This document shows, one piece after another, positions 1-10,360 of a stretch of 45,128 nucleotides of DNA. The DNA is from a virus (lineage: Duplodnaviria > Caudoviricetes): positions 1-45,128 of IMG/VR virus record IMGVR_UViG_3300022178_003255; one strand, written 5' to 3'. The notes under the pieces are model-generated. The model was given only the letters and a program-made list of their open reading frames with translations, did no database searches and was not told the DNA's origin. A program made the position numbers and the translations under genes. Position 1 is the stretch's first letter. Every line of letters begins with the position of its first letter.

Positions 1-23
1 ATCTAATTTTATTACAATCAAAT

Positions 24-299
24 ATGAACATCAAGGAAACGAAGAAGAGTATAATCCAAGCTGGGCACAAAGCAGTTGAAGAGCTGATTAAAGTAGCGAA
101 GGAAGCAATCGTTGATTCAGACGATGATATATCAGCAGATAGACTTAAGAATGCCGCAGCTACTAAAAAACTAGCTATATTTGACGCATTTGAGATACTT
201 AACAGAATTGAACAAGAGGAAAACTTGCTTGAGGGTAAAACACCTGAAGAGACAAAGGAAAAAACTTTTAAAGGATTCGCAGAAAGTAGATCTAAATAA
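24..299 (+). CDS. Putative terminase small subunit
   Basis: Small helical protein immediately upstream of, and overlapping (TAATG), the large terminase; RLKNAAATKKLAIFDAFEIL segment. Mostly a positional call. Confidence 0.6.
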   Translation: MNIKETKKSIIQAGHKAVEELIKVAKEAIVDSDDDISADRLKNAAATKKLAIFDAFEILNRIEQEENLLEGKTPEETKEKTFKGFAESRSK

Positions 300-2512
300 T
301 GTACGAGCAAAGTTTAGTTAAGACAGTCGAGCCAGTTAAGAAGACTACTATCAGTAGACTTAACAAGGGTAAGAAGTGGAAATACGGTTACGATAAAGAA
401 CACGATATTATAGTGTTATCTCACAGCGGACAAATAGGTGAGATAATAGAAATACAAGGACTAGTTATTGCGCTACCAAAGGCTCCTAAAGAAGTATATA
501 AAAATCCAAAGAACAAATGGGTGAAATTCGAGTATCCCAAGGAGTTGCAGAGAATTAAAAATATATTCGATTGGAGAAACTATCCGGAAAGCAGTAAAGA
601 AAAATGGTACGATTATATAGATGAAGAATTCAAAAGAAGGGAAGAAGGATTCTGGTTCACAAATAATGGTAAACCAACCTGGATAACAGGTACGCAGTAC
701 ATGTACTTGCAATGGAGTAAAATTGATGTGGGTGCTCCAGACTTTAGAGAAGCAAACAGATTATTTTATATATTCTGGGAAGCTTGCAAAGCAGATAAAA
801 GATGTTACGGAATGTGCTACCTTAAAAATAGACGTTCTGGATTTTCTTTTATGTCATCAGCAGAAACAGTTAATTTAGCTACTCTTGCAAGTGATAGTAG
901 ATATGGAATATTATCTAAAACAGGAGCTGATGCTAAAAAAATGTTTACCGACAAAGTTGTCCCTATATCAATTAATTACCCTTTCTTTTTTAAACCTGTA
1001 CAAGATGGTATGGATCGCCCTAAATCCGAACTTGCTTATCGTGTACCTGCTAGCAAGTTTACAAGAAAAAAGATTACAGCTAATGAAAAGCTGGAAGACA
1101 TACAAGGATTAGATACGACGATTGACTGGAAGAATACTGGGGATAATAGTTATGATGGTGAAAAACTAAACCTATTAGTACATGATGAGTCAGGTAAATG
1201 GGAAAGACCCGATAATATTTTAAATAACTGGAGGGTTACAAAAACATGTTTACGATTAGGTAGCAGGATTATTGGTAAATGTATGATGGGCTCAACTTCA
1301 AATGCTTTAGACAAAGGTGGAGAAAACTTTAAAAAATTATACAATGCCTCAGATGTCACGAAACGAAATAGAAATGGTCAGACAAAGTCTGGCTTATACT
1401 CTTTGTTTATCCCAATGGAATGGAACTATGAAGGATTTATTGATGAGTATGGAGTTCCAGTCTTTACTACTCCTGATATCGATAGACTCGCACCAGACGG
1501 TGAATTAATAGATGTAGGTGTAATAGATAACTGGCAAAATGAAGTAGATGGTCTAAAAGATGATCACGACGGTTTAAATGAATTTTACCGTCAATTTCCA
1601 AGAACTACAGAACATGCGTTCAGAGACGAGGCAAAAGGAAGTATATTTAACTTAGTTAAAATATACGAGCAGATAGATTACAACGAAGAGCTATCTAGAA
1701 CCTTAGGGGTTACAACAGGTAATTTTCAATGGGTCAATGGAATTAAAGATTCTCAGGTTATATTTTACCCAGACCCAAAAGGAAGATTCAAAGTTAGTTG
1801 GGTTCCGCCTTCTGGAATACAAAACAAGGTGATACTTAAAAATGGTATCAAATATCCCGGTAACGAACACATGGGAGCCTTTGGTTGTGATAGTTACGAT
1901 ATATCAGGAACAGTGGATGGGGTTGGATCAAAAGGAGCTTTACACGGCTTAACTAGATTTAGCATGGAAGATGCTCCGGCAAACAGTTTCTTTTTAGAAT
2001 ACTTATCAAGACCACCAACAGCCGAGATGTTCTTTGAAGACGTTCTAATGGCTTTAGTATTTTACGGGATGCCTATACTTGCGGAGAACAATAAACCTCG
2101 TCTCTTGTATTATCTGAGACGTAGAGGGTATAGAGGGTTTAGCATGAATAGACCAGATAAAGTTTGGAACAAACTATCTGTTGCAGAAAAAGAAGTAGGT
2201 GGTATACCCAACTCTTCAGAAGATATTAAACAAGCTCATGCCGCGGCAATCGAGATGTATATACAAGATCACGTTGGCATACAACAAGACGGTTCTCATG
2301 GTGATTTATATTTCAATGAATTACTGAGCGACTGGGCTAGGTTTGATATAAACAAAAGAACAAAGCATGATGCATCTATAAGTTCTGGTTTAGCTATCAT
2401 GGCTAATAATAGACATTTATACGCGCCAAACGCTAAGGTTGAAAAACAACCACTAAATATAAATATTTCCAAGTATAGTAATACTGGAAGCAATTCACAA
2501 ATAATCAAATAA
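299..2512 (+). CDS. terL: Terminase large subunit
   Basis: Walker A-like KNRRSGFS, Walker B LLVHDESGKW, motif GSTSN, C-terminal RNase H-like nuclease (FGCDSYD ... KHDASISSG); followed by portal. Confidence 0.92.
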   Translation: MYEQSLVKTVEPVKKTTISRLNKGKKWKYGYDKEHDIIVLSHSGQIGEIIEIQGLVIALPKAPKEVYKNPKNKWVKFEYPKELQRIKNIFDWRNYPESSKEKWYDYIDEEFKRREEGFWFTNNGKPTWITGTQYMYLQWSKIDVGAPDFREANRLFYIFWEACKADKRCYGMCYLKNRRSGFSFMSSAETVNLATLASDSRYGILSKTGADAKKMFTDKVVPISINYPFFFKPVQDGMDRPKSELAYRVPASKFTRKKITANEKLEDIQGLDTTIDWKNTGDNSYDGEKLNLLVHDESGKWERPDNILNNWRVTKTCLRLGSRIIGKCMMGSTSNALDKGGENFKKLYNASDVTKRNRNGQTKSGLYSLFIPMEWNYEGFIDEYGVPVFTTPDIDRLAPDGELIDVGVIDNWQNEVDGLKDDHDGLNEFYRQFPRTTEHAFRDEAKGSIFNLVKIYEQIDYNEELSRTLGVTTGNFQWVNGIKDSQVIFYPDPKGRFKVSWVPPSGIQNKVILKNGIKYPGNEHMGAFGCDSYDISGTVDGVGSKGALHGLTRFSMEDAPANSFFLEYLSRPPTAEMFFEDVLMALVFYGMPILAENNKPRLLYYLRRRGYRGFSMNRPDKVWNKLSVAEKEVGGIPNSSEDIKQAHAAAIEMYIQDHVGIQQDGSHGDLYFNELLSDWARFDINKRTKHDASISSGLAIMANNRHLYAPNAKVEKQPLNINISKYSNTGSNSQIIK

Positions 2513-2517
2513 TAAAT

Positions 2518-4935
2518 ATGGCAGAGTCTGGCATGAAAAATTATTTCCCGAGTCAAACAGTTAGTGATGCTGAAAAGCTAAGCTATGATTATGGTTTGAA
2601 AGTAGGTAAAGCAATAGAGCAGGAGTGGTTTAACAATGATAGGGGTTCTAATAGGCATAGGGCTAATCATAATGATTTTCATAATTTAAGATTGTACGCT
2701 AGAGGCGAGCAGTCTATACAAAAATATAAGGATGAGTTATCTATAAATGGTGATTTGTCCTATTTAAACTTAGACTGGAAACCAGTACCAATTATATCTA
2801 AGTTTGTTGATATAGTTGTTAATGGAATGTCTGACAGATTATATGATATAAAAGCTTACTCGCAAGATCCCTTTGGTTTAAAAGAGAGAACGGAATACGG
2901 TAGAGCTATAATGTCTGATATCAAGATGAAAGGTTTTAACGAATTTGCAGCTCAATTTGGGATGGATTTGACGGAGAGTAATATTGACACGTTACCAGAG
3001 ACAGTTGAAGAAGGAGAGCTCTATATGCAGTTGACCTACAAGCAAGCTGTAGAAATCGCTGAAGAACAAGCATTAAATGTTTTGTTTGATGGTAATAATT
3101 ATGACTTAATAAAAAAGAGGTTTTACTATGATTTAACGGTTTTGGGGATGGGTGCTGTAAAAACTTCATTTAATACTTCTGAAGGTGTTGTTATAGATTA
3201 CGTTGATCCAGCTAACTTAGTCTACTCTCATACTGACTCTCCTTATTTTGATGATATTTATTATGTTGGTGAAGTAAAGACTATTCCTGTAAACGAACTA
3301 GCAAAACAATTTCCTCATTTATCAGAAGATGATCTTGAGGATGTAATGAAGAACAAATCTTACAATAGATCTAATTACAACTCTAGGCATAACCACGACA
3401 AAGAAGACAATAACACTATTCAAGTTTTATATTTTAACTACAAAACCTATATGAATGAGGTTTACAAAGTTAAACAAATGGCAACTGGAGCTGAAAAAAT
3501 TATACCTAAAGACGATTCGTTTAACCCGCCAGAAGAAAAAGAAGGGGTATACAGTAGAATGTTAAGATCAATAGAATGTCTATATGAGGGAGCTATGATT
3601 TTAGGTACGGAAAAACTACTCAAATGGGAAATGGCAAGCAACATGATGCGTCCTAAAAGTGATTTTACCAAAGTTAAAATGAACTACGCTATTGTTGCTC
3701 CTAGAATGTATAACGGTAAAATTGATTCACTAGTAAAGCGTATAACAGGTTTTGCTGACATGATTCAGTTGACACATTTAAAGCTTCAACAAGTGATGTC
3801 AAGAATGGTTCCTGATGGTGTTTATTTAGATGCTGATGGTTTAGCTGAGGTAGATTTAGGTAATGGAACAAACTATAACCCACAAGAAGCTCTAAATATG
3901 TTCTTCCAGACAGGATCTGTGATAGGGAGGAGCTTCACGTCGGAGGGTGATATGAATCCAGGAAAAATACCTATTCAAGAAATTACGTCTGGTTCTGGTG
4001 GAAATAAAATGCAAGCTCTTATAGGTAACTACAATTATTACCTACAAATGATAAGAGATGTGACCGGTCTTAACGAGGCTAGAGATGGTAGTACTCCGGA
4101 TGCGAACGCTTTGGTTGGGGTTCAAAAGCTAGCTGCAGCAAATTCTAATACAGCTACTAAACACATACTACAAGCTGGATTATTCTTAACCGCTGAAACA
4201 GCGGAATGTTTATCCCTTAGAATATCTGATATTATAGAATATTCTCCAACTAAAGATGCTTTTATACAAGCTATAGGCACGCACAATGTAGCGACATTAG
4301 AGGAAATAAAGAGCTTACATTTATATGATTTCGGTATATTTATTGACTTAACACCTGATGAAGAAGAAAAGGCTAAGTTAGAGAATAATATTCAAATGGC
4401 TTTACAGCAAAAACTTATAAATCTTGAAGACGCAATAGATCTTAGAGAGATTAAGAATATAAAGCTAGCAAACCAACTATTAAAGATAAGGAGAAGTAAG
4501 AAAGAAGAGAGAGACAGGGAGATGCAACTAGAAAACATAGAAGCCCAAACACAATCTAACACTCAAGCTGCTCAAGCAGCTGCTCAAGCTGAGATACAAA
4601 AAAACAAAGCTATGCTTGACAATCAGAGTGAACTAGAGCAACTAAAAGCTCAAATCGCGTCTCAAAAAATGCAACATGAAATGGAACTCAAAAAAGAGTT
4701 AATGGCTCTAGAGTTCCAATACAACATGCAATTAAAAGGAGTTGAGGTTGATGGTGTTAAAAACAGAGAAAAGCAGAAAGAAGATAGAAAAGACGAAAGA
4801 ACAAAAATACAAGCCACTCAACAAAGTGAGCTTATAGATCAAAGAAACAATCAAAAACCACCTAAAAACTTTGAGTCATCAGGTAATGATATACTAAGTG
4901 GAGGTTTTGATTTAGGTTCTTTTGATCCTAGTTAG
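2518..4935 (+). CDS. Portal protein
   Basis: 805 aa directly after terL; YLNLDWKPVPIISKFVDIVVNG and IRDVTGLNEARDGS segments; long C-terminal Q/E/K coiled coil as in P22/crAss-type portals. Confidence 0.85.
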   Translation: MAESGMKNYFPSQTVSDAEKLSYDYGLKVGKAIEQEWFNNDRGSNRHRANHNDFHNLRLYARGEQSIQKYKDELSINGDLSYLNLDWKPVPIISKFVDIVVNGMSDRLYDIKAYSQDPFGLKERTEYGRAIMSDIKMKGFNEFAAQFGMDLTESNIDTLPETVEEGELYMQLTYKQAVEIAEEQALNVLFDGNNYDLIKKRFYYDLTVLGMGAVKTSFNTSEGVVIDYVDPANLVYSHTDSPYFDDIYYVGEVKTIPVNELAKQFPHLSEDDLEDVMKNKSYNRSNYNSRHNHDKEDNNTIQVLYFNYKTYMNEVYKVKQMATGAEKIIPKDDSFNPPEEKEGVYSRMLRSIECLYEGAMILGTEKLLKWEMASNMMRPKSDFTKVKMNYAIVAPRMYNGKIDSLVKRITGFADMIQLTHLKLQQVMSRMVPDGVYLDADGLAEVDLGNGTNYNPQEALNMFFQTGSVIGRSFTSEGDMNPGKIPIQEITSGSGGNKMQALIGNYNYYLQMIRDVTGLNEARDGSTPDANALVGVQKLAAANSNTATKHILQAGLFLTAETAECLSLRISDIIEYSPTKDAFIQAIGTHNVATLEEIKSLHLYDFGIFIDLTPDEEEKAKLENNIQMALQQKLINLEDAIDLREIKNIKLANQLLKIRRSKKEERDREMQLENIEAQTQSNTQAAQAAAQAEIQKNKAMLDNQSELEQLKAQIASQKMQHEMELKKELMALEFQYNMQLKGVEVDGVKNREKQKEDRKDERTKIQATQQSELIDQRNNQKPPKNFESSGNDILSGGFDLGSFDPS

Positions 4936-4963
4936 AATTTATTAATTATTATTATATTATATC

Positions 4964-6136
4964 ATGGCAGAAAAAGAAGAGCCAATCGCTAATAGCGAAA
5001 CTGGCAAAATTAAAGTAAAAGCAAAAGAAGCAAAACAACCAGATGGTAACGAAACAAAAGGTAACGTTACTAAGGTTGCGGCGAAAATGAAGAAACCAAC
5101 TGAAACTGTTGAGCCAACAGTTACGAAGGTTGATTTAAACAATACACCAGAAGAAAAACCAGTTGAAGAGGTTAAACCTGAAGCTGAGGTACAAGAGGTG
5201 GAGAAGCAAGAAACACCCGCTTTAGAGGATATTACCAATGAAGTTGCAGAGCAACCAGAAGAAATAGTTGCCGAAGCTATAGAGGAATCAATAGGAACCG
5301 GCGAACCGTTGCCAGAGAATATCCAAAAGTTAATGGAATTCATGGATGATACTGGTGGGGATTTAAATGACTATGTTAAGCTTAATCAAGATTATAGTAA
5401 AATGGATAATCAAGATTTACTATATGAATACTATAAGCAAACAAAACCTCATTTAAACAACGAAGAAATTAACTTCCTTATGGAAGACAACTTCTCATTC
5501 GACGAAGATATAGACGACGACAGAGAAATACGAAGAAAAAAATTAGCGCTTAAAGAGCAAGTTGCCAGCGCTAAAAGCCACTTAGACGGGCAAAAGTCTA
5601 AATACTATGACGAGATCAAAGCTGGAAGCAAACTTACGGGCGAGCAACAAAAGGCAATTGATTTCTTTAATAGATACAACAAAGAGTCAGAAGCAACTCA
5701 AAAAACAGTTAAAACGAACTCTGATATTTTTACACAGAAAACAAATAACGTTTTCAACGACAAGTTCAAAGGTTTTGAATATAACGTCGGTGACAAGAAA
5801 TACAGGTTTAATGTAAATAATGCTGAAGAAATTAGAGACACTCAGAGCGATATAGGCAATTTCACTAAAAAGTTTTTAGACGAAAATTCTGCTTTAAAAG
5901 ATGCTGAAGGTTATCATAAATCTCTATATACAGCAATGAATGCAGACGCTGTTGCGAAACACTTTTACGAACAAGGAAAAGCAGATGCTATGAAAAATAG
6001 TATTGCTAAAGCCAAAAACGTGGATATGAACCCAAGACAAAGTCATGGAAGAATTGAAGCAGATGGTATGACAGTAAAAGTATTAGGTGATAGTTCTTCT
6101 GATTTTAAGTTTAAAATTAGAAACAAAAATAAATAA
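4964..6136 (+). CDS. Putative capsid scaffolding protein
   Basis: Acidic, low-complexity N-half and helical C-half, located between portal and major capsid. Confidence 0.6.
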   Translation: MAEKEEPIANSETGKIKVKAKEAKQPDGNETKGNVTKVAAKMKKPTETVEPTVTKVDLNNTPEEKPVEEVKPEAEVQEVEKQETPALEDITNEVAEQPEEIVAEAIEESIGTGEPLPENIQKLMEFMDDTGGDLNDYVKLNQDYSKMDNQDLLYEYYKQTKPHLNNEEINFLMEDNFSFDEDIDDDREIRRKKLALKEQVASAKSHLDGQKSKYYDEIKAGSKLTGEQQKAIDFFNRYNKESEATQKTVKTNSDIFTQKTNNVFNDKFKGFEYNVGDKKYRFNVNNAEEIRDTQSDIGNFTKKFLDENSALKDAEGYHKSLYTAMNADAVAKHFYEQGKADAMKNSIAKAKNVDMNPRQSHGRIEADGMTVKVLGDSSSDFKFKIRNKNK

Positions 6137-6156
6137 AAATTTAAAATTTAAAAATT

Positions 6157-7647
6157 ATGGCAATATCAAACCCTGGTGGTTTGTTAAATAGTACACCTGC
6201 TCATAGACAGCAAACACTATCAACAAACTACCTAGACTTTACGTCCGGCAACAATGACTGGGCGCAACAATATTTACCAGATCTTATGGAAAAAGAAGCT
6301 GAAGTTTTCGGACCGAGAACTATTTCAGGTTTCTTATCACAAGTAGGAGCTGAAGAAGCGATGTCTGCTGACCAAGTTGTTTGGTCTGAGCAAGGTCGTT
6401 TACATTTATCTTACACTGCAACAATGACTGACAATAACGGTAACGTTGCTGGTTCGACTAATGTTGGGAAAATTACTATTACTGATCATATTGATACTGG
6501 AGCTACTTATACTGCAGGGTCTCATGGAATTAGAGTTAATGACACTGTTATTATATCTAACCCAGAAGCAGTTATCAAAGCTTTAGTAACTGGAATTTCA
6601 GCTGATGTTGTAGAATGTACTCCTTATGGAGCTGCTGACTGTTCTGCAATTACAGATGCAAAAACTGATTTAGTTGTATTAGTTTATGGTTCTGAATATG
6701 CAAAAGGAAAAAGCTATCTTACTGACGCTTTAGCTGAGACAGAATCAAGAGGTGCTAACGAACCACAATTCAAGTCTTACACTAACAAACCAATTATAAT
6801 GAAAGACTACTACGAAGTATCAGGTTCTGATACAGCTAGAATCGGTTGGGTTGAAGTAGCTGCTGAAGATGGTCAAGCTGGTTACTTATGGTACTTAAAA
6901 GCTGAAGCTGATACAAGAGCTCGTTTCAATGATTACGTTGAGATGGCTATGCTAGAAGGTGAGCTTAGTGTACATGGTACAGATGTAGTTGACGATTTCT
7001 TGAATAGTAACGGTGATGCTGTTGGTACTCAAGGTTTATTCGCTGCTATTGAATCAAGAGGTAATATTACTACTGGTGTTACTGGTGTTAATGCTGCTAC
7101 TGATTTAGCTGAATTTGACGCTATCTTAGCTGAGTTTGACAAGCAAGGTGCTATTGAAGAAAACATGATGTTTGTAAACAGAGCTACTTCGTTAGCAATG
7201 GATGACATGTTAGCTTCTATGAATTCTTATGGAGCTGGTGGTACTTCTTACGGAGTATTTGATAACTCTGAAGATATGGCGTTGAACTTAGGTTTCTCTG
7301 GTTTCAGAAGAGGTTCTTATGACTTCTACAAGTCTGACATGAGATACTTAAACGATAAAGCTACAAGAGGTGGTATTAATGACGCTGCTGGTGCAAATGC
7401 TATCAGAGGGGTTGTTGTTCCAGCTGGTACTTCTACGGTTTATGACCAAATGTTAGGTAAAAACTTAAAGAGACCATTCTTACACGTTCGTTACAGAGCT
7501 TCACAAACTGACGATAGAAGAATGAAATCTTGGGTTACTGGTTCTGTTGGAGCTGCTACATCCGCTTTAGATGCGATGCAAATCCACATGTTAACTGAAA
7601 GATGTTTAGTTACACAAGGTGCTAACAATTTCATGTTAATGAAATAA
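6157..7647 (+). CDS. Major capsid protein
   Basis: 496 aa after the scaffold-like gene; codon usage typical of high expression (GCT/GGT/TTC/AAC-rich); followed by a strong terminator; WAQQYLPDL and LNLGFSGFRRGSYDFYK segments resemble Bacteroidota podophage capsids. Confidence 0.85.
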   Translation: MAISNPGGLLNSTPAHRQQTLSTNYLDFTSGNNDWAQQYLPDLMEKEAEVFGPRTISGFLSQVGAEEAMSADQVVWSEQGRLHLSYTATMTDNNGNVAGSTNVGKITITDHIDTGATYTAGSHGIRVNDTVIISNPEAVIKALVTGISADVVECTPYGAADCSAITDAKTDLVVLVYGSEYAKGKSYLTDALAETESRGANEPQFKSYTNKPIIMKDYYEVSGSDTARIGWVEVAAEDGQAGYLWYLKAEADTRARFNDYVEMAMLEGELSVHGTDVVDDFLNSNGDAVGTQGLFAAIESRGNITTGVTGVNAATDLAEFDAILAEFDKQGAIEENMMFVNRATSLAMDDMLASMNSYGAGGTSYGVFDNSEDMALNLGFSGFRRGSYDFYKSDMRYLNDKATRGGINDAAGANAIRGVVVPAGTSTVYDQMLGKNLKRPFLHVRYRASQTDDRRMKSWVTGSVGAATSALDAMQIHMLTERCLVTQGANNFMLMK

Positions 7648-7661
7648 GCACTTATTATATT

Positions 7662-7695
7662 AAAGACCGGGGCTTCGGCCTCGGCCTTTTATTTT
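7662..7695 (+). terminator. Rho-independent terminator after the capsid gene
   Basis: aaagaccggggc-TTCG-gcctcggcctttt-atttt: GC stem, cUUCGg tetraloop, T tract. Confidence 0.85.
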
Positions 7696-7718
7696 ATTAA
7701 TTTATATTATATTATATT

Positions 7719-8570
7719 ATGGCAAAGAAAACAAAGAAGGTTGAGGTAGAACCTCAAATTGAAACAATGGAAGAAGTAGTTACAGAGTTTTTTGAAGAAA
7801 CTGTAGTTGAAGAACCAAAAGCAAGAGAAAGATTAAAACCTACAAATGAGTGGGAAATTAAAGATAGACTTTATCTATTAAAAGGCAACAAAAAGCCACT
7901 TTCTAGATCAATTAAATCAGCGGGTATATATTATTTTGACGAGGAAAAAGGTTATGAAAGAGAACTTAAATACTGTCAAAACCAAAAAACACCGTTTGTT
8001 GATGAAATGAAAGGTGATCAAAGATTAGAGCATATTGTCTTTAGAGGTGGAGCGCTACATGTTCCTAGGAATAAAGTAACGCTGCAAAAGTTATTATCTC
8101 TATACCACCCGAATAAAGATATTATTTACGAAGAGTACAAACCAGCGGCAATAGCAGCTGATGAGATTGAAATTTTAGATATGCAAGTTGACGCTTTAAT
8201 TGCTGCTAGAAATATCGATATAGATATGGCTGAAGCTATTATGCGTGTAGAGAAAGGTTCTGATGTATCTAAGTTAAGTTCTAAGGAGCTTAAAAGAGAT
8301 TTACTTATATTTGCACGAAACAACCCTAAACTATTCTTAGAGTTAGCGGATGATGAAAATGTAATGCTAAGAAACTTTGGTATTAAAGCTGTCGAAAGTG
8401 GAATACTAAGATTATCTTCTGATCAAAGAAACTTCTTATGGGGTTCTAACGGAAGAAAGTTAATGGTTATACCATTTGACGAACACCCATACACTGCATT
8501 AGCACATTGGTTTAAAACCGATGAAGGTATGGAAATTTTTTCTAACATAGAAAAAAGATTAAATAATTAA
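7719..8570 (+). CDS. Conserved phage protein of the head module, function unknown
   Basis: 283-aa ORF with an acidic N-terminus and AT-rich leader, between capsid and tail genes. Confidence 0.6.
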   Translation: MAKKTKKVEVEPQIETMEEVVTEFFEETVVEEPKARERLKPTNEWEIKDRLYLLKGNKKPLSRSIKSAGIYYFDEEKGYERELKYCQNQKTPFVDEMKGDQRLEHIVFRGGALHVPRNKVTLQKLLSLYHPNKDIIYEEYKPAAIAADEIEILDMQVDALIAARNIDIDMAEAIMRVEKGSDVSKLSSKELKRDLLIFARNNPKLFLELADDENVMLRNFGIKAVESGILRLSSDQRNFLWGSNGRKLMVIPFDEHPYTALAHWFKTDEGMEIFSNIEKRLNN

Positions 8571-8576
8571 TCAAAC

Positions 8577-8614
8577 TGTAGAGCGGTCGCCCTACGGGGC
8601 GATCGTAAACTACA
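8577..8614 (+). promoter_or_regulatory. Intergenic stem-loop with cUACGg tetraloop
   Basis: cggtcgccc-TACG-gggcgatcg inner stem, extended by tgtag/ctaca pairing; no T tract on the + strand. Confidence 0.6.
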
Positions 8615-8626
8615 AAATTAAATTAT

Positions 8627-8788
8627 ATGGAAAAGAAATCAAAAGGATTAGGCGACTCAATAGAAAAAATTACAAAAGCAACAGGGATAAAAAAAGTTGT
8701 AGACACGGTTAGTAAGGTTGTTAAAAAAGATTGTGGCTGTGGAAAAAGAAAAGACACTTTAAATAGATTATTCCCTTATAATAAATAA
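8627..8788 (+). CDS. Small basic protein with GLGD...CGC...R...LN motif (53 aa, not in the ORF track)
   Basis: Manual translation MEKKSKGLGDSIEKITKATGIKKVVDTVSKVVKKDCGCGKRKDTLNRLFPYNK*; fills the gap, has an AT-rich leader. Confidence 0.8.
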   Translation: MEKKSKGLGDSIEKITKATGIKKVVDTVSKVVKKDCGCGKRKDTLNRLFPYNK

Positions 8789-8796
8789 AAGAAATT

Positions 8797-9477
8797 ATGG
8801 TTAGTATAGATACGGTATATCAAAAGGTTTTAGCGTTAGCCAACAAAGAGCAAAGAGGCTATATAACTCCTCAAGAATTTAATCTATTTGCTGACCAAGC
8901 ACAGAAGGATATTTTTGAACAATACTTCTACGATTTAAATCAATTTTTACGTAGACCGAGTAACTCAGACGAGTACTCTGATATAATAGATAATTTAAGA
9001 GAAAAAATAGCTATATTTGAAAATACAGGCACTATAACTAATGGAATTATCTCAGCGCCAAACGGTTTGTACAGATTAGGTACCGTTATAGATAATGATT
9101 ACAATTGTGAAATAGAAGAAGTACAGCAAAATGAAATATTATACATAAATAAAGGGCCTCTAACCAAGCCAACGGTTACTCGCCCGGTGTATGTTAGAAC
9201 TGGAGAGTTAACAATAGAGATACACCCATCAAGTGTCGTGTTAGCTAGTTGCACTTATATATCAACGCCATTAACACCGGGTTGGGGATATGTGGTTGTG
9301 CAGGGAAAAGCTATGTACGATGTTACTAATACGACTCACTTTCAACTACACTCCTCAGAGGAGGGTGAATTAGTTAACAAAATATTGATGTATGCTGGAG
9401 TGGCTATAAAAGCTCAAGATATTTCTCAGGCAGCTGGAGGATTGGAGATGGCTAAACAACAACAAGAAAAACAATAA
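8797..9477 (+). CDS. Putative tail tubular/head-tail adaptor (ring) protein
   Basis: VYQKVLALANKEQRGYITPQEFNLFA N-terminus; size and position match podovirus ring proteins. Confidence 0.6.
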   Translation: MVSIDTVYQKVLALANKEQRGYITPQEFNLFADQAQKDIFEQYFYDLNQFLRRPSNSDEYSDIIDNLREKIAIFENTGTITNGIISAPNGLYRLGTVIDNDYNCEIEEVQQNEILYINKGPLTKPTVTRPVYVRTGELTIEIHPSSVVLASCTYISTPLTPGWGYVVVQGKAMYDVTNTTHFQLHSSEEGELVNKILMYAGVAIKAQDISQAAGGLEMAKQQQEKQ

Positions 9478-9481
9478 ATAA

Positions 9482-10357
9482 ATGGGATTACTAGACAATC
9501 AAACAGGACAAGCGTATTATAACGGTAGTGATCACGGTAGTTACCAGTTCGTGTCATTAGAAGATATTATAAGTCAATTTATTGTAGCTTACGTCGGGGA
9601 TGACAAGCTCTTATCAAAAGTAAAAAGAACAGATGTCGCTTTTCATGCTCAAAGAGCTTTACAAGAGTTGTCTTTTGATACATTTAAATCTTTCAAAGCA
9701 CAAGAGATTACAGTACCTGCTTCACTTCAAATGACACTTCCACAAGATTATGTTAATTACACTAAAATTAGTTGGGTTGATTCTGCCGGTATAAAACATT
9801 TGTTATATCCTGCTTCAAAAACATCAAACCCTACAAAGCCAACACAGGCTAGCGATGGTTCTTACACTTTTGATGCAAGCGGTAATTTACTCACAGACAG
9901 CGAATCCACAACGTGGTCAAACTACAAGTCAGGGACACCATCTGAAAATCAAGATGACTATCAAGACGACACTTACTGGCCGATGGAGGGATCAAGATAT
10001 GGTTTAGACCCACAGCACGCACAGGCAAACGGATCTTTTTACATAGACACTCAGTCCGGAAAAATACATTTTAGCTCTAATATTAGTGGAAAAACTGTGA
10101 TCTTAGATTATATAAGCGATAGTCTTGGCACGGATGCTGAGATGCAGGTTCATAAGCTTGCTGAAGAAGCTATATACAAGCACGTAATGTATGCGATCAT
10201 ATCTACATCATCAAACCCACTACATCAACAATTAACACCTAGATTTAAAAAAGAAAGGTTTGCTGAAACTAGAAAAGCGAAATTAAGACTATCAAACATT
10301 AAATTAGAAGAATTAACTCAAATTTTAAGAGGTAAGTCGAAACAAATAAAACACTAG
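9482..10357 (+). CDS. Putative second tail ring/structural protein
   Basis: LPQDYVNYTKISWVD motif and 'ILDYISDSLG' segment typical of adaptor/ring proteins; precedes the large tail protein. Confidence 0.55.
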   Translation: MGLLDNQTGQAYYNGSDHGSYQFVSLEDIISQFIVAYVGDDKLLSKVKRTDVAFHAQRALQELSFDTFKSFKAQEITVPASLQMTLPQDYVNYTKISWVDSAGIKHLLYPASKTSNPTKPTQASDGSYTFDASGNLLTDSESTTWSNYKSGTPSENQDDYQDDTYWPMEGSRYGLDPQHAQANGSFYIDTQSGKIHFSSNISGKTVILDYISDSLGTDAEMQVHKLAEEAIYKHVMYAIISTSSNPLHQQLTPRFKKERFAETRKAKLRLSNIKLEELTQILRGKSKQIKH

Positions 10358-10360
10358 TAC

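Noticed and set aside
10088-10112. aaaactgtga match to the candidate promoter at 21851
   Set aside because: Lies inside a coding region and lacks both the AGTAAA box at the right spacing and the ATAT ending.
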